Positions 38,157-48,927 of a DNA stretch of 64,000 bases are shown here, piece by piece (the stretch's first letter is position 1; each line of letters opens with the position of its first letter). The position numbers were made by a program, and so were the translations under genes. The notes beneath the pieces are model-generated. The model was not told where the DNA came from. It saw nothing but the letters and a program-made list of their open reading frames with translations, and searched no databases. Source of the stretch: an uncultured Acidobacteriota bacterium. Lineage in GTDB: Bacteria; Acidobacteriota; Thermoanaerobaculia; Gp7-AA8. The stretch covers positions 1,504,001-1,568,000 of the forward strand of contig CAWGHO010000002.1 in assembly GCA_963822445.1 (NCBI GenBank). The letters are read 5' to 3'.

Positions 38157-41100
38157 CTACTTGGAGCAGGACTGCTGATCGGAGCCCTGTTCGTAGTAGT
38201 TCGTGAGCGTCACCTCGTCGAACCAGAAACCGAGGAGAGCGGCGGTGGGATCGGTGCCGTAGCCGACGTCGATCTGCACGGACCGACCTGCGCGCGAAGC
38301 GGAGCCGAGGTCGAGTGCGGACCAGGTGCTCGCCAGCCAGACCGGGCCGGGGCCTGCCCAGCCGCGGTTGCCGGCTGTGACGCAGACGCCGTTCGGACCA
38401 TCGGCGAGGTACGCGCGGCCGCCGCTCGGAACGACGACGCTCCGCGATCCGGTCGCGACGTCGTAGATGCCGAGGTTGGCGCGGTCGTACCAGGCGTCGG
38501 TGATCGGCTCGATGCCGAACTGGTTATAGACGCTGAGTGTCGACGTCGGCGTGAGCTTCACGATCGGCGAGCGGACGTTGTCGCACGAACCGTCGACGAG
38601 GCTCGACGAGGCCATGTAGCCGCTGGTGAGATTCGCGCCGCCTCCCGTGGTTTGTCTGCCGAACGTGCCGGATACGCGCGTCCAGCCATCGGTCCCCGTT
38701 TCGAACGAGTACGTCTTCGTTGCGCGGAACACGTAGTCCTGCTCGGTGTTGGTGAAGGTGACCGTAAGCGAGCGGGTGATGCCCTGCGCGGCCATCTCGT
38801 CGGACGTCACGTCGATCCGGAGCGTGAGCTCGTCCTTCGGTGCGAGTCCGCCTGCGGTCACGCGTACGGTCGCCGGAGCGGTCGAGCATTGCGCGAGCGA
38901 AGAGACGACGGCCTGCGGCATCGCGCCGATGGTCACGCCGGTGTGCGACGCGAGGATGCGCGCGATGCGCACGTTGGTGAGGCTGCCCGCGCCGATGTTC
39001 TTCACGCTGAAGTCGACGCGCGCGATCTCGCAGTTGTCGAGGAACTCATCGCGATCGCCGCCTTCGACGGACTTGACGACCGGCGTCGCTTCGATGCGCA
39101 GGTTCGCGCCGGCCGCGGCCGAGCCGCTGCAGACGTCGCAATCGGTCTTCGCGGTGGCGGTGAACGAGTTCGCCGACGGCGGGCCGGAAGCCTTGCGCTT
39201 GTACCGCGCAGTGATCGTGTCGACGTTCAGCACGGTCAACCGTCCATCGCCGCGCGATCCGTTCGCACCGCTGAGGAGGATCGTGCCGACGAAGTGACCG
39301 CTGTTGGCAGGAAACTCCTGCAGCACGACGGTCTCATCGCGCTCTGCACCGGAGGAAACGGTGACGCTGACCGAGCCGGCGCCGCGATTGCCGTCCTGCA
39401 CGGCGATCTTCATTTCATCCGCGCATTGATAGGTGGGCTTGTCGAGCGAGATCGAAGCGCTCGTGCCCTTCTCCATTTCCCAGATGCCGCGGCCGTGCGT
39501 CGCCGCGCGGAGCCGTTTCGGCGTGGTGGCGTTCGTGAACTGCAGCATGTTCACCGACACGTGCGGGAGCAGGCCGCTGTTGATGCGCAGCCAGAGGTTG
39601 CCGCTCCAGGCGCTGGTGTTCACGTACACGCCGCTGTCCGACGCGACGTAGACCTCGTTGCTCTCGTTCGGGTTGGGATTCACGGCGAGGGTGTTGAACG
39701 GCTCGTCGGGAAGCGCGCCGGAGATGTCGCTCCAGGTCGCGCCGCCGTCGTTCGAGCGGAACACGTGGCCGGGGTACGGCGTCGACGCGTTCCATCCGCT
39801 GTACGTGACCATGACGTTGTTCGCGTTCGTGGGATCGGTGTCGATCCAGGTGACGAAGCGGCCGGCCGTCGCGTTGAGAATCGGCAGCGGGGCCTTGGTC
39901 AGATCGGTCCAGGTCGAGCCGCCGTCGATCGACTTCCAGATCCGGCCGATGGACGTGCCGACGTAGAGCACCTTGCTCACCGTCGTGCCGGTCAGCGTGG
40001 TCGTCGCTCCGCCTGCTTTGGCGGTATGGATGATGGTGATGTACGCGCTGGCCGCGGTCGATCCGCCGACGAAGTCGCCGACGCCTGCGGTCGTGCCGAT
40101 GCGCTCCCAGATCTTGCCGGCCGTGCGCGCGCTCGGATTGCGATAGAGCACGTTCGTGCCGACGTACATCACGTTCTGGTTGTGCGCGTCGAGGCTGAAG
40201 TTGGCGATGAAGGCGGTGTGTTGATCGGGCACGCAGAGGCCGAGGCAGCCGGCGCAGGCGCCGAAGCTCTGCATGCAACCGGTGGTCGGCCAGGTGTCGC
40301 CGCCGTCATCCGATTTCTTGATCGACGCGTAGACGTACTCCTCGTACGCGTGCAGATCGTTGTCCTGATCGACGGCCGCGAATCCGCCGTCGCCGCCAGC
40401 GGTGGCGGTCCACTTGTCGTTGTTGAGATAAGCGTGGCCGTTGTCCTGAAGCCCGGCATTGATGCGATACGCCTCGGCAGCGCTCTGGCCGAGGCCGTAG
40501 AACTGCAGCGTCGACATGTCGCCGACGTTGACGTGCGTCCAGCTCACGTTCGCGCCGTCGACGTGACCGATGTTCAGGCCGCCGTCGTTGGCGTCGTAGT
40601 ACGTGTTCGCGTCGACCCAGATCGCATGGTGATGATCGGCGTGCGCCCAGGTCGTGTCGCCGGCGCTCCATCCCGATTTCTTCGTGAGCGTCGCGCCGCC
40701 GTCGGTGGAGAGGTAGTTGTCGAGACCTCCAACCATGATGTGGTTCTCGTTGGCCGGATTCACGGCGCCGGTCAGGTTGTACCAGCCCTGTCCGTTGGTG
40801 AACTCGGTCGTCGACCCGGCCGTCCATTGCACGGTCGCCGCGGTTGCGTCGAGCGTCGACCACAGGCCGAGAGACTTGTAGTCGTCGGAGCGGGCGATGA
40901 GCACGTACATGTGCTTCGGATTGCTCGGCGCCAGCAGCGTGTGCATGCGGCCGACGAGACCGGGACTCTCCGGCCAGCCGTTCTGCGCGGAGAGGGAGAT
41001 CTTCTTCCACGTCGCGCCGCCGTCGACGGAGCGATAGATGCCGTTGTTCTTGCGCGAGTCGCTGGTCGGCGAGACGCAGGTCGCGTCGCGGAACCGGCCG

Positions 41101-42110
41101 AACGCAGCGAACAGCGTCGTCTTGCCCGTCCCCGCATCGACCGGACCGATGTTGATGTCCGTCGCGTACTCGACCCAGCATCCGCCGGGGTAGGCCGCGG
41201 TGAGCGGTGCGCCCGCGTAGGGCAGTCCGGTCACCAGCTGCCAGCTCGAGCCACCATTGACAGTGCGATACACGCCGCCGTCGCCGGCCACCCACACGCT
41301 CTGCGCGCCCGGAACGTTCGTGTCGATGCGCAGGCGGCGGATGCGGTGTTGTCCGGGGACGTTGATGACGTCCGTTTGAAACGGAAGCGGCTGCACGACC
41401 CAGGTCCTGCCGCCGTCGGTGGACTTGAGAATGCCGACGCCGTCCTTGTCGGGCTGGCTGAAGTTGCCTTCGCCGGTGCCGGCGTAAATCGTGGCGTCGC
41501 TGTAGTTGACGAGGTCCAGTCCGGGAAGCACGTCCACCGCGCCGATCGCGAGCGTCGGCTGAAAGTCGGTCAGCGCCGTCCAGGTCGTGCCGCCGTCAGT
41601 CGTCTTCCACAGTCCGCCGTCGGCGAATCCGAGGAAGATCACGTTCTTGTTCACAGCCCGCGTTCCGTCCATGTGCGTCCACACGGTGGTCGCGCGACCC
41701 TGCGTGCGTGCCCCGGCCGGTCCCCACTGGCGGGTCACGTCGTAGTCGCCGTTCGGGCCGAGGGAGGTCCAGCGGTAAATCGTGCTGGAGGGGGCGATCT
41801 TCTTGCCCGCCTCGTGCGCCTTCACCTTCCAGTCGGCCGCGGGCATCCGCGTGAAGGGCGCGTAGCGCTCGGCCGAGCGATAGAACCAGCGCCGCTCCTG
41901 CATCCGGGCCGTGCCGGACTGGATTTTCTCCGCGACCCGGGCGAACTCGATGTCGCCGAGGGTGAAGACCTCCGGCGGCAGCGGCAGCCGCGGGAAGCTA
42001 CGTTCCGTAACTGTTGATTCGTGGTCGTTTTGTGCTGCTGCGGGCGGGGTGACGATCACGGCCAAGCCGGCCACCAGCACGATGAGGAGAACCCGAAGAC
42101 GGTGGATCAT
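38157..42110 (-). CDS. Large secreted BNR/Asp-box beta-propeller protein with Ig-like C-terminal domains
   Basis: Signal peptide; many (S/T)xDGGxTW repeats; YAGTGE, HADHH, GLQDNG, GGDG, ATHGRGIW. Confidence 0.85.
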   Translation of the reverse strand: MIHRLRVLLIVLVAGLAVIVTPPAAAQNDHESTVTERSFPRLPLPPEVFTLGDIEFARVAEKIQSGTARMQERRWFYRSAERYAPFTRMPAADWKVKAHEAGKKIAPSSTIYRWTSLGPNGDYDVTRQWGPAGARTQGRATTVWTHMDGTRAVNKNVIFLGFADGGLWKTTDGGTTWTALTDFQPTLAIGAVDVLPGLDLVNYSDATIYAGTGEGNFSQPDKDGVGILKSTDGGRTWVVQPLPFQTDVINVPGQHRIRRLRIDTNVPGAQSVWVAGDGGVYRTVNGGSSWQLVTGLPYAGAPLTAAYPGGCWVEYATDINIGPVDAGTGKTTLFAAFGRFRDATCVSPTSDSRKNNGIYRSVDGGATWKKISLSAQNGWPESPGLVGRMHTLLAPSNPKHMYVLIARSDDYKSLGLWSTLDATAATVQWTAGSTTEFTNGQGWYNLTGAVNPANENHIMVGGLDNYLSTDGGATLTKKSGWSAGDTTWAHADHHHAIWVDANTYYDANDGGLNIGHVDGANVSWTHVNVGDMSTLQFYGLGQSAAEAYRINAGLQDNGHAYLNNDKWTATAGGDGGFAAVDQDNDLHAYEEYVYASIKKSDDGGDTWPTTGCMQSFGACAGCLGLCVPDQHTAFIANFSLDAHNQNVMYVGTNVLYRNPSARTAGKIWERIGTTAGVGDFVGGSTAASAYITIIHTAKAGGATTTLTGTTVSKVLYVGTSIGRIWKSIDGGSTWTDLTKAPLPILNATAGRFVTWIDTDPTNANNVMVTYSGWNASTPYPGHVFRSNDGGATWSDISGALPDEPFNTLAVNPNPNESNEVYVASDSGVYVNTSAWSGNLWLRINSGLLPHVSVNMLQFTNATTPKRLRAATHGRGIWEMEKGTSASISLDKPTYQCADEMKIAVQDGNRGAGSVSVTVSSGAERDETVVLQEFPANSGHFVGTILLSGANGSRGDGRLTVLNVDTITARYKRKASGPPSANSFTATAKTDCDVCSGSAAAGANLRIEATPVVKSVEGGDRDEFLDNCEIARVDFSVKNIGAGSLTNVRIARILASHTGVTIGAMPQAVVSSLAQCSTAPATVRVTAGGLAPKDELTLRIDVTSDEMAAQGITRSLTVTFTNTEQDYVFRATKTYSFETGTDGWTRVSGTFGRQTTGGGANLTSGYMASSSLVDGSCDNVRSPIVKLTPTSTLSVYNQFGIEPITDAWYDRANLGIYDVATGSRSVVVPSGGRAYLADGPNGVCVTAGNRGWAGPGPVWLASTWSALDLGSASRAGRSVQIDVGYGTDPTAALLGFWFDEVTLTNYYEQGSDQQSCSK

Positions 42111-42159
42111 GCGACTGCTCCTGCCTCTCTCTGAAGTTAACCTAGGAGTGGTAGTAGTA

Positions 42160-43011
42160 CTACCAAGCGAGGCGGAGAGCAAGTCCTGGGCCTACGTTGG
42201 GGAGAGCGGCCAAGCGCTTTCCGAGGCCTTTGTCACCGATTTTGGTGAGAAAAGCCTCGAAGGATCGGTCCGGTCCGGACCACCGCAGCTCTTCGACGTC
42301 GTCGAAAAGGGGCGCGTCGGTCCGCAATGTCGCCAGCGTCTTGAACAGCAGCGCGTCGGCCTGATGCTCGCCAAGAACCTCGGCCGGAAACGACTCGATC
42401 GGCCCATGCCGCTCGATGAGCCGGGCCGCGGTCTTCGCGCCGCATCGGGCAATCCCCGGATAGCCGTCGGCGGCATCGCCGACCAGCGCCAGGTAATCGG
42501 GGATGAACTTCGGCGAGACGCCGAACTTCTCACGCACGCCCGCTTCATCGCGAATCTTCCCGCTACGCCGATCGACCTGCACCACGCGATCGCCGATCAC
42601 GCATTGCGAGAGGTCTTTGTCCGGCGTCCAGATGGTGACTTTCTCCACGCGCTTGTCGCGCGACGCGAGATGCGCTCCCGAGGCCAGCGCGTCATCGGCC
42701 TCGAGCTCGACCATCGGCCAGGTCGTCACGCCCATGGCCATGAGCGCGTCTTCGAGCGGATGAAACTGTGCCCACAGCGCACGCTCGATTCCAAAGCCGG
42801 TCTTGTAGCCGGGCCAGAGATCGTTGCGGAACGATTCGATGACGTGATCGGTGGCGACGGCGATGTGCGTCGCACCGCCTTCCATCATCTGCACGACCGT
42901 TCCGAGCACTCCCGCGACCGCGCCGAATGGCGGATCGGTCTTGCTGAACCGCCGCAATCCGTAGAAATGGCGGAACAGCTCGTACGTGCCGTCGACGAGA
43001 TGGACGATCAT
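42160..43011 (-). CDS. Stand-alone 5'-3' exonuclease / flap endonuclease (Xni-like)
   Basis: HLVDGTYELFR, SFRN..PGYK, EADD, DKDL.Q, LALVGDAADGYPGI...GAKTA. Confidence 0.9.
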   Translation of the reverse strand: MIVHLVDGTYELFRHFYGLRRFSKTDPPFGAVAGVLGTVVQMMEGGATHIAVATDHVIESFRNDLWPGYKTGFGIERALWAQFHPLEDALMAMGVTTWPMVELEADDALASGAHLASRDKRVEKVTIWTPDKDLSQCVIGDRVVQVDRRSGKIRDEAGVREKFGVSPKFIPDYLALVGDAADGYPGIARCGAKTAARLIERHGPIESFPAEVLGEHQADALLFKTLATLRTDAPLFDDVEELRWSGPDRSFEAFLTKIGDKGLGKRLAALPNVGPGLALRLAW

Positions 43012-44360
43012 CGCCGGAAAGGATGCGCCTCGGTATTGAAGATTACGCTCTGGAAATCGAGCGTTTCCGGCGCGTAGAGCAGATAGAGGTACTTGAGCGT
43101 CTCCGCGAGGAAGTAGCTGGGCATCAGATCGCCCTGCTCTTTCGTCTCGACGTTCTTCAGCGTCGTGTACGCCTCGCCGGCGCGGCAATGCGCGACGAGC
43201 GAATCGAAGAACGTTCTGCCCATGTCGAGATAGCGCGTGTCTTTCGTCAGCGTGTAGAGCGTGTACGCGGACTCCATGATCTCCGGGCGCAGCGGATAGC
43301 CGGAGTGCACGATCTTCATCGTCCTGTAGTTGATGACCTCCGGTTCGACTCCGTGCGACCTTCCACATCTTCAGACATGATTCCTGCAGCCGGCGCGCGC
43401 CGCGGAATGTCGTCGCCGATGGCCAGCACCGCCGGCAGGAATGCGTGCAGCCGCCGAACTCCGGAGCCGTGCTGCTTGCCCGCTGTGCATGTCGACCTGG
43501 CCGTACCAGAAGCCGCTCGGGGCTTCGTCGGCGAGATGCGCGTTCAGTGCGCGCACGCTTTCGCGCCACATCGCGCCGGCAGTCTTTGTCGCCGAACAGC
43601 CGCCAGCACTTTCAGCAGGTACTCGTAGTACGAGTCGATGCCGCCGCCGACGTGGCTGGCCGTGCTCACCCACTCGCCGGTCTCGACGTTGATCTCCTCG
43701 CCGACGAGGCCGAGCTTCGAGCGGCGGTTGTACAGCTCGACCAGCGCGCGTTTCGCCTTGTCGTAGTAAATCGGCTTCTTCGGTGAGCTGCGAGAGCGTG
43801 CCGAACTCGAGGACAGAGCGTTCCGATCTCGGCAGGGTTCGTTTTCGCGCCGCTGACGTCTTCCCGTCTTCAGGTTCACGTACATGTACGGCATGCCGGT
43901 CGGCGATTCGAAGACCGGCAGCAGCCGCGTCCCGAGGTCGTCGGCCAGACGCAGCAGCCGCGCGTCGCCGGTCATCTGGTAGGCGGAGAGGAGTCCGCCG
44001 AGGATGCGGATGGTGATCTCGAAGTTCTTGACCGACGATGTCCTTGTCGAAGGAGAGCTTCTCCACGATCAGCTTCTGCGCTTCCGCCGCTTCCGTCGTT
44101 GCGCCAAGGAGCAGCAGCGTGTCGAGCGTGTCCACCGGCGTCATGAGCAGCGACTGCGCGTGCCAGTCGTGGGCGGTCCTCGTGACCGGTTTCAGCTCGT
44201 CATGAGTCCAAGCGTGTTTCTTGTACGCGTTCCACGAATCGATCGCCGCGCGACGAACGCGGTTGGCCATGTCCAGCCGTTCGGCAGGCGTCCATCGTTC
44301 GCGCGCGGCCGCGAACGGAGCGCTCAACAGGAAGATCAGGGCGACAACGGTGACTCTCAT
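43008..44360 (-). pseudogene. GH47 alpha-1,2-mannosidase with multiple frameshifts
   Basis: Motifs spread over three frames: HDELKP and TPVDTLDTL; FEITIRILGGLLSAY; LEFGTLS; GGGIDSYYEYLLK; YPLRPEIMES; SYFLAETLKYLYLLY; FNTEAHP. Confidence 0.82.
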
Positions 44361-44385
44361 GAAGTGCCACAATAGCTCCGCTCCC

Positions 44386-45975
44386 ATGATCCCGCGAACG
44401 GTACTCCTCATCATTCTTACAGTCGCCGCTCTTCCCCTCTGGCCACAAGCACAGGAGACGGTCAACGTCACCGCGATCGAGGTCGTGGCCGTGGTGCACG
44501 ACAAGACGGGATTCGCACCGAAGGATCTGAAGGCGTCGGACTTCATCGTGCTGGAAGACGGCGTCGAGCGGAAGGTGATCGGTCTCGACTACCTCGCCTC
44601 TCGCCCGGCCGCACCTGTCACCACGATTGTTGAAGCACCCGCCGCGGCGCCGGAACCGGTCGCGCCGCCGCCCCCGCCCTGGCACTTCGTCTTCTACTTC
44701 GAATCGGAGCTGTCGGGAGCGCAGGGCCGCGGGCTCGTTGCCGAGGCGATCGGGCGGGACGTCGAGCGGTACGTGAGCCTGGGAACGGTCGACGTCGTCT
44801 TTGCGACTCCCACTCCGGTCGCGCTGGTGCAGGCCTCGCGCGATCCGCAGGCAATCAGGGACGCGCTTCAGAAAGTGAAGAAGCACGGCGGGGTCAATCA
44901 ATTGGTGTTGAATCGCCGCCGCTTTCGGGACTCGATGGTCGGCCGGATCGCGCCCGCCGACTTCAATGACATCCGGCCGTTTCTCGACGACGACATCCGC
45001 CTCGTCAATCTGTTCCGGCGGAATCTCGCATCCTGGCTGAGCAGCTATCGCCGCCACTCGCCGCGGATGGCGATCGTGGTCACGGACGGCTTCGACCTCG
45101 ACCCGGTCAACTTTTACGTGACGGAATCGGGCCGGAATCCGATGGATCAGGCGCTGCTGCGCGCCACGGCGTTCGGCGCGGAGCTGGCCACGGGAACGTC
45201 GGACCTGGCAAAGGCGCTGGCCGGTGGTTCATGGATCATCTCCAGCGTTCCCGGGCAGATGGACATGGGCATGACCGTGGACGACGCATCGACCTGGGGC
45301 ATCGGGAGGGTCACGGGCCCCGTCGCGGTCGGCCGCCTCGGAGCGAAGGCTCTCGTGGAGCTGCCGATGTCGCCGCTCATGGTTCTCGCCGCGGCAACCG
45401 GGGGAACGGTCGTCGGCAACCATTCGAAACTCGGCCAGGCCCTCGATCACCTCGGCCGATACGTGAAGCTCACCTATCAGGTCGGCCGCGCGCCGGACGG
45501 CAGGATTCGAAAGGTCGAAGTCCGATCGCGCCGCCGCGACCTCACCGTTCGCGCGCAGCAGTGGGTAGCCGAGTCGACACCGGAAGAGACGGCGTCGACG
45601 CGCGTGGTCGGATTGCTGGATGGCGCCGAGCAGACCGGCGAGCTTCCCGTCCAGGCGGCGGTGACGCTCGACGCGGCATCGAAAGGCCGCCGCGGCGTGG
45701 TCCATGGCAGCGTGGATCTCGGCGCGCTGTCGCTGCTGATCGAACAGAACGGCAGCCGGAACTTCCGCGTCACCGTCGCCACGAGGCAAGGCTCGAAAAC
45801 GAACGTGATCTCGCGCATCGCCTCCAACATCGACGTGTCCGAAGGGTCGTTTCCGTTTCGCATCGGGCTCGATTTTCCGGAGGGCGTGTCGGCGCTGGTC
45901 ATCACCGTCGAGGATCTCGCGACCGGCGCGTGGGGCGGTGCGCGGGTGACGGCTAAGGAGATGACGACGGAGTGA
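44386..45975 (+). CDS. Acidobacterial VWFA-related secreted protein
   Basis: QETVNVTAIEVVAVVHDKTG..DL..SDFIVLEDG, LAAATGG, RKVEVR. Confidence 0.8.
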   Translation: MIPRTVLLIILTVAALPLWPQAQETVNVTAIEVVAVVHDKTGFAPKDLKASDFIVLEDGVERKVIGLDYLASRPAAPVTTIVEAPAAAPEPVAPPPPPWHFVFYFESELSGAQGRGLVAEAIGRDVERYVSLGTVDVVFATPTPVALVQASRDPQAIRDALQKVKKHGGVNQLVLNRRRFRDSMVGRIAPADFNDIRPFLDDDIRLVNLFRRNLASWLSSYRRHSPRMAIVVTDGFDLDPVNFYVTESGRNPMDQALLRATAFGAELATGTSDLAKALAGGSWIISSVPGQMDMGMTVDDASTWGIGRVTGPVAVGRLGAKALVELPMSPLMVLAAATGGTVVGNHSKLGQALDHLGRYVKLTYQVGRAPDGRIRKVEVRSRRRDLTVRAQQWVAESTPEETASTRVVGLLDGAEQTGELPVQAAVTLDAASKGRRGVVHGSVDLGALSLLIEQNGSRNFRVTVATRQGSKTNVISRIASNIDVSEGSFPFRIGLDFPEGVSALVITVEDLATGAWGGARVTAKEMTTE

Positions 45976-46558
45976 GGACGTCGATCTCGCTGTAGAACGT
46001 GTTGCCCCAGGCGTCCTCGCTCTCGGTCTCGAACACGTCGAAGAGCAGGTAGCGGTACCGCCCCAGCGTTGTGCCGTGCCTGGTGATCGTCACGACGTAC
46101 TGGCCGCCTTCGTTGCCCTCGGCGCGCCGCGTGTCGACGAAGGCCAGCTGCACCCACCCGTGATCGCCGAGCCTGGCCTTCACGGAGGGCGTGGGGTCGA
46201 ATTCCGGCTTCAGTCCGTCGCTCGCGTAGACCTTGTAGAGCTGCGGCGCGCGCGAGCCGGGATGCCAGGAGAAGGTCCGGATGGCGTCGACCTCGATCAC
46301 GCTTCCGAGATCCATGCGGATGCGTCCGCCCCACGAGTTTGCGCGGAAGAATACGTTGGCCGAGGGTTGATCTTCGTTCGTCGGAAGGAAACCGTCGGTG
46401 AGTGCGGCGAGGGATGCGCTGTTGCTGTCGAGTGTTCCGCCGATCACGGTGATCGTCGCGTTCGCCGCGGCATCGTTGAGCGCGGGCGGTGTGAACTGGC
46501 GATCGATCTTGATGAGCATCGGGATCGACAGGAAGAGAAGGAACAGCGCTGGATTCAT
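45953..46558 (-). CDS. Secreted protein with discoidin/F5-8-like (possible carbohydrate-binding) fold
   Basis: LTDG, MDLGSVIEVDAIRTFSWH, RYRYLLFD, FYSEIDV; ATGA-coupled to the permease. Confidence 0.6.
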   Translation of the reverse strand: MNPALFLLFLSIPMLIKIDRQFTPPALNDAAANATITVIGGTLDSNSASLAALTDGFLPTNEDQPSANVFFRANSWGGRIRMDLGSVIEVDAIRTFSWHPGSRAPQLYKVYASDGLKPEFDPTPSVKARLGDHGWVQLAFVDTRRAEGNEGGQYVVTITRHGTTLGRYRYLLFDVFETESEDAWGNTFYSEIDVLTPSSSP

Positions 46559-47499
46559 GACGAGCTCTCCGCGGCGCGGGACGCGCGATAGCGATCGGCA
46601 GCAACGGCGATGACGATGATGGCGCCGATGATGATCTCCTGCACGTAATTCGGCCAGCCCATCTGCTGGCATCCGTTCCTGAGCAACGACATCACCAGCG
46701 CGCCGATGATCGCGCCGGGGATGCTTCCGTCGCCACCGCTCAAGCTTCCTCCGCCGATGACGACCGCGGCGATCACATCCAACTCCGTGCCGACGGCCAC
46801 GGTCGGATCGCCCTGCCGCAAGCGCGACATCTGTGTGACGCCGGCCAAGCCGAAGAAGAGTCCGGCCAGCGCGTAGACCTTGATCTTCAGGCGGTTCGTG
46901 TTGATGCCGCAGGCGCGCGCCGCGGCTTCGTTCGAGCCGAGGGCGAAGATGCGGCGGCCGAAGACGGTGTTGCGGAGGATCAGGGTCATCACGATTGCCA
47001 GAACCACCGTCAGCCAGACTCCCGGCGCGAAGAGCAGCCACGGTCTCGCGGGGAATGTCACGGCGAGCTCGTTGATCCACGTCGCCGGCACATTGACCGT
47101 CTGCTGATTAGCGACGTACTTCGCCAGCCCGCGCGCGATGCCGAGCATCCCCAGCGTGGCGATGAACGGAACGACGCGCAATGCGGTGATCGACAGGCCG
47201 TTGATCAGTCCGAGCACGCCGCCGGTGATGACGCCGCATGCGAGGGCGACGATCGGCGGCAGACCGCCGCGCAGTGCAACCGCGGTGACGACGCTGGAGA
47301 GGGCGATCGACGAGCCGACGGAAAGGTCGATGCCGGCGCTGATGATGATCATGGTCATCCCCAGCGCGGCGACCGCGACGATCACCGTCTGCGCGAGCAC
47401 GACGCGCAGATTCGTCGCGGACAGATACCGCTCCGGCGCGCCCGTGAGAATCGCGAACAGCGTGGCCACGGCGATCAGACCGAGGAGGGGCGCGAACAT
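46555..47499 (-). CDS. Monosaccharide ABC transporter permease (RbsC-like)
   Basis: AGIDLSVGS, PFIATLG, GSNEAAA..GI, ELDVIAAVVIGG.SL.GG. Confidence 0.93.
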   Translation of the reverse strand: MFAPLLGLIAVATLFAILTGAPERYLSATNLRVVLAQTVIVAVAALGMTMIIISAGIDLSVGSSIALSSVVTAVALRGGLPPIVALACGVITGGVLGLINGLSITALRVVPFIATLGMLGIARGLAKYVANQQTVNVPATWINELAVTFPARPWLLFAPGVWLTVVLAIVMTLILRNTVFGRRIFALGSNEAAARACGINTNRLKIKVYALAGLFFGLAGVTQMSRLRQGDPTVAVGTELDVIAAVVIGGGSLSGGDGSIPGAIIGALVMSLLRNGCQQMGWPNYVQEIIIGAIIVIAVAADRYRASRAAESSS

Positions 47500-47514
47500 T
47501 TTCGCGCAGCGCTC

Positions 47515-48927
47515 TCACGCCGCGCGCTCCGCGCCGATGGCCGCTTCCATCACGCTCACCGGAGTCCACTCGCCGATCGGGCGCGCCGCGGAGAGCCTGC
47601 CGCGGGTCATGACCGCGAGGCGGTCGCAGATCGCGAAGAGCTCCGGCAGATACGAGCTGACGATGACGATGGCCTTGCCCGCGCCGGCGAGCGCGGCGAT
47701 CTGGCGGTAGACGTCGGCCTTGCTGGCCACGTCGATTCCTCGCGCCGGCTCATCGAGCAGCAGCACATCGGGATCCTGATGGAGCAGCCGGCCCAGCGCG
47801 ACCTTCTGCTGATTGCCGCCGGAGAGACGATGCACCGCGGTCTTCGCGCTCGCGGCCTTGATGCGCAGGCGCTGCATGATCCCTTCGCTCTGCCGCAGTT
47901 GCAGGGCGCGGTCGATCCAGCCCGCGCGGGCGCAAGTCGAGTAGCGGGTGATGGTGAGGTTGTCGGCGACGGACATCTGCAGGGCGAGCCCTTCGCCTTT
48001 GCGGTCCTCGCTGAGATAGCCGAGGTGGTTGCCGTGCAGGCTGATCTTGCCGTTGGCTGGCGTGAGGCCGAAGAGCGCGCGAAGCAGCTCCGTGCGGCCC
48101 GAGCCGATGAGACCGGCAATGCCGAGGATCTCGCCGCGATGGAGATCGAAGTTCGCCTGCGCAAGACGGACCTCGAGCACGACTTCCGGTGACTCGCTGC
48201 GCTGCCGTTCCACCACCTGATCGACGCTGCGGCCGACCATCTGCTCGATCAGGCGCTCGTCAGAAATGGACCGCAGCTCGCCTGTGTCGACACTCCGTCC
48301 ATCACGCAAGACGGTGGAGCGATCGGCGATTTCCCGCACCTCCTCGAGGAAGTGGCTGATGTACACCACGGCGATTCCGCGGTCCCGCAGTTGCGCGATC
48401 AGCCGGAAGAGCCGCTCGACGTTCGCGCGCTGCAGACTGCTGGTGGGCTCGTCCATCAGGATCACGCGCGCGTCCAACGCGAGCGCGCGGCAGATCTCAA
48501 CCACCTGCCGGTCGGGCAGCGCCAGATCGCCGGTTCGCTTTCGCGGATCGATCTCGCTGCGGCCGAACTCATGGAGCAGCGCCGCAGCGCGCTCTAACAG
48601 CACTTTTCTCGGTGGCTCGATGCCGAGGAAGATGTTCTCGGCGACGGGGAGATGCGGGCAGAGGGCGAGCTCCTGATGCACATGCGCCACGCCGCGACGG
48701 CGCGCTTCACCCGGTCCGGCGGGCTCGTACGGCGCATCGGCGAGCGACATCTCGCCGCTGTCCGCGCGATGAATGCCGGAGAGGATGTTCAGCAGCGTGC
48801 TCTTTCCCGCGCCGTTCTCGCCGATGAGCGCGTGCACCTCGCCGGGCGACACGTCGAGGTCGACGCCGTCCAGCGCGACCGTCGCGCCGAATCGCTTTCG
48901 AAGGCCGCGCAGTCGCAGGACGCTCAC
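47515..48927 (-). CDS. Monosaccharide ABC transporter ATPase (RbsA-like)
   Basis: GENGAGKST, MDEPTSSL, EDRKGEGL, LSGGNQQK. Confidence 0.93.
   Translation of the reverse strand: MSVLRLRGLRKRFGATVALDGVDLDVSPGEVHALIGENGAGKSTLLNILSGIHRADSGEMSLADAPYEPAGPGEARRRGVAHVHQELALCPHLPVAENIFLGIEPPRKVLLERAAALLHEFGRSEIDPRKRTGDLALPDRQVVEICRALALDARVILMDEPTSSLQRANVERLFRLIAQLRDRGIAVVYISHFLEEVREIADRSTVLRDGRSVDTGELRSISDERLIEQMVGRSVDQVVERQRSESPEVVLEVRLAQANFDLHRGEILGIAGLIGSGRTELLRALFGLTPANGKISLHGNHLGYLSEDRKGEGLALQMSVADNLTITRYSTCARAGWIDRALQLRQSEGIMQRLRIKAASAKTAVHRLSGGNQQKVALGRLLHQDPDVLLLDEPARGIDVASKADVYRQIAALAGAGKAIVIVSSYLPELFAICDRLAVMTRGRLSAARPIGEWTPVSVMEAAIGAERAA

Noticed and set aside
38652-42017. 1121-aa plus-strand ORF and other long antisense ORFs (2763-4502, 10022-11758, 33201-35453, 49937-51469, 53983-55473, 61626-63512)
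   Set aside because: Shadow frames of well-supported genes in high-GC DNA; Arg/Ala/Gly-rich and without motifs.
43012-43569. Apparent extension or fusion on the 5'-3' exonuclease
   Set aside because: An alternative frame over GH47 sequence; the exonuclease starts at 43011 with an ATGA overlap.
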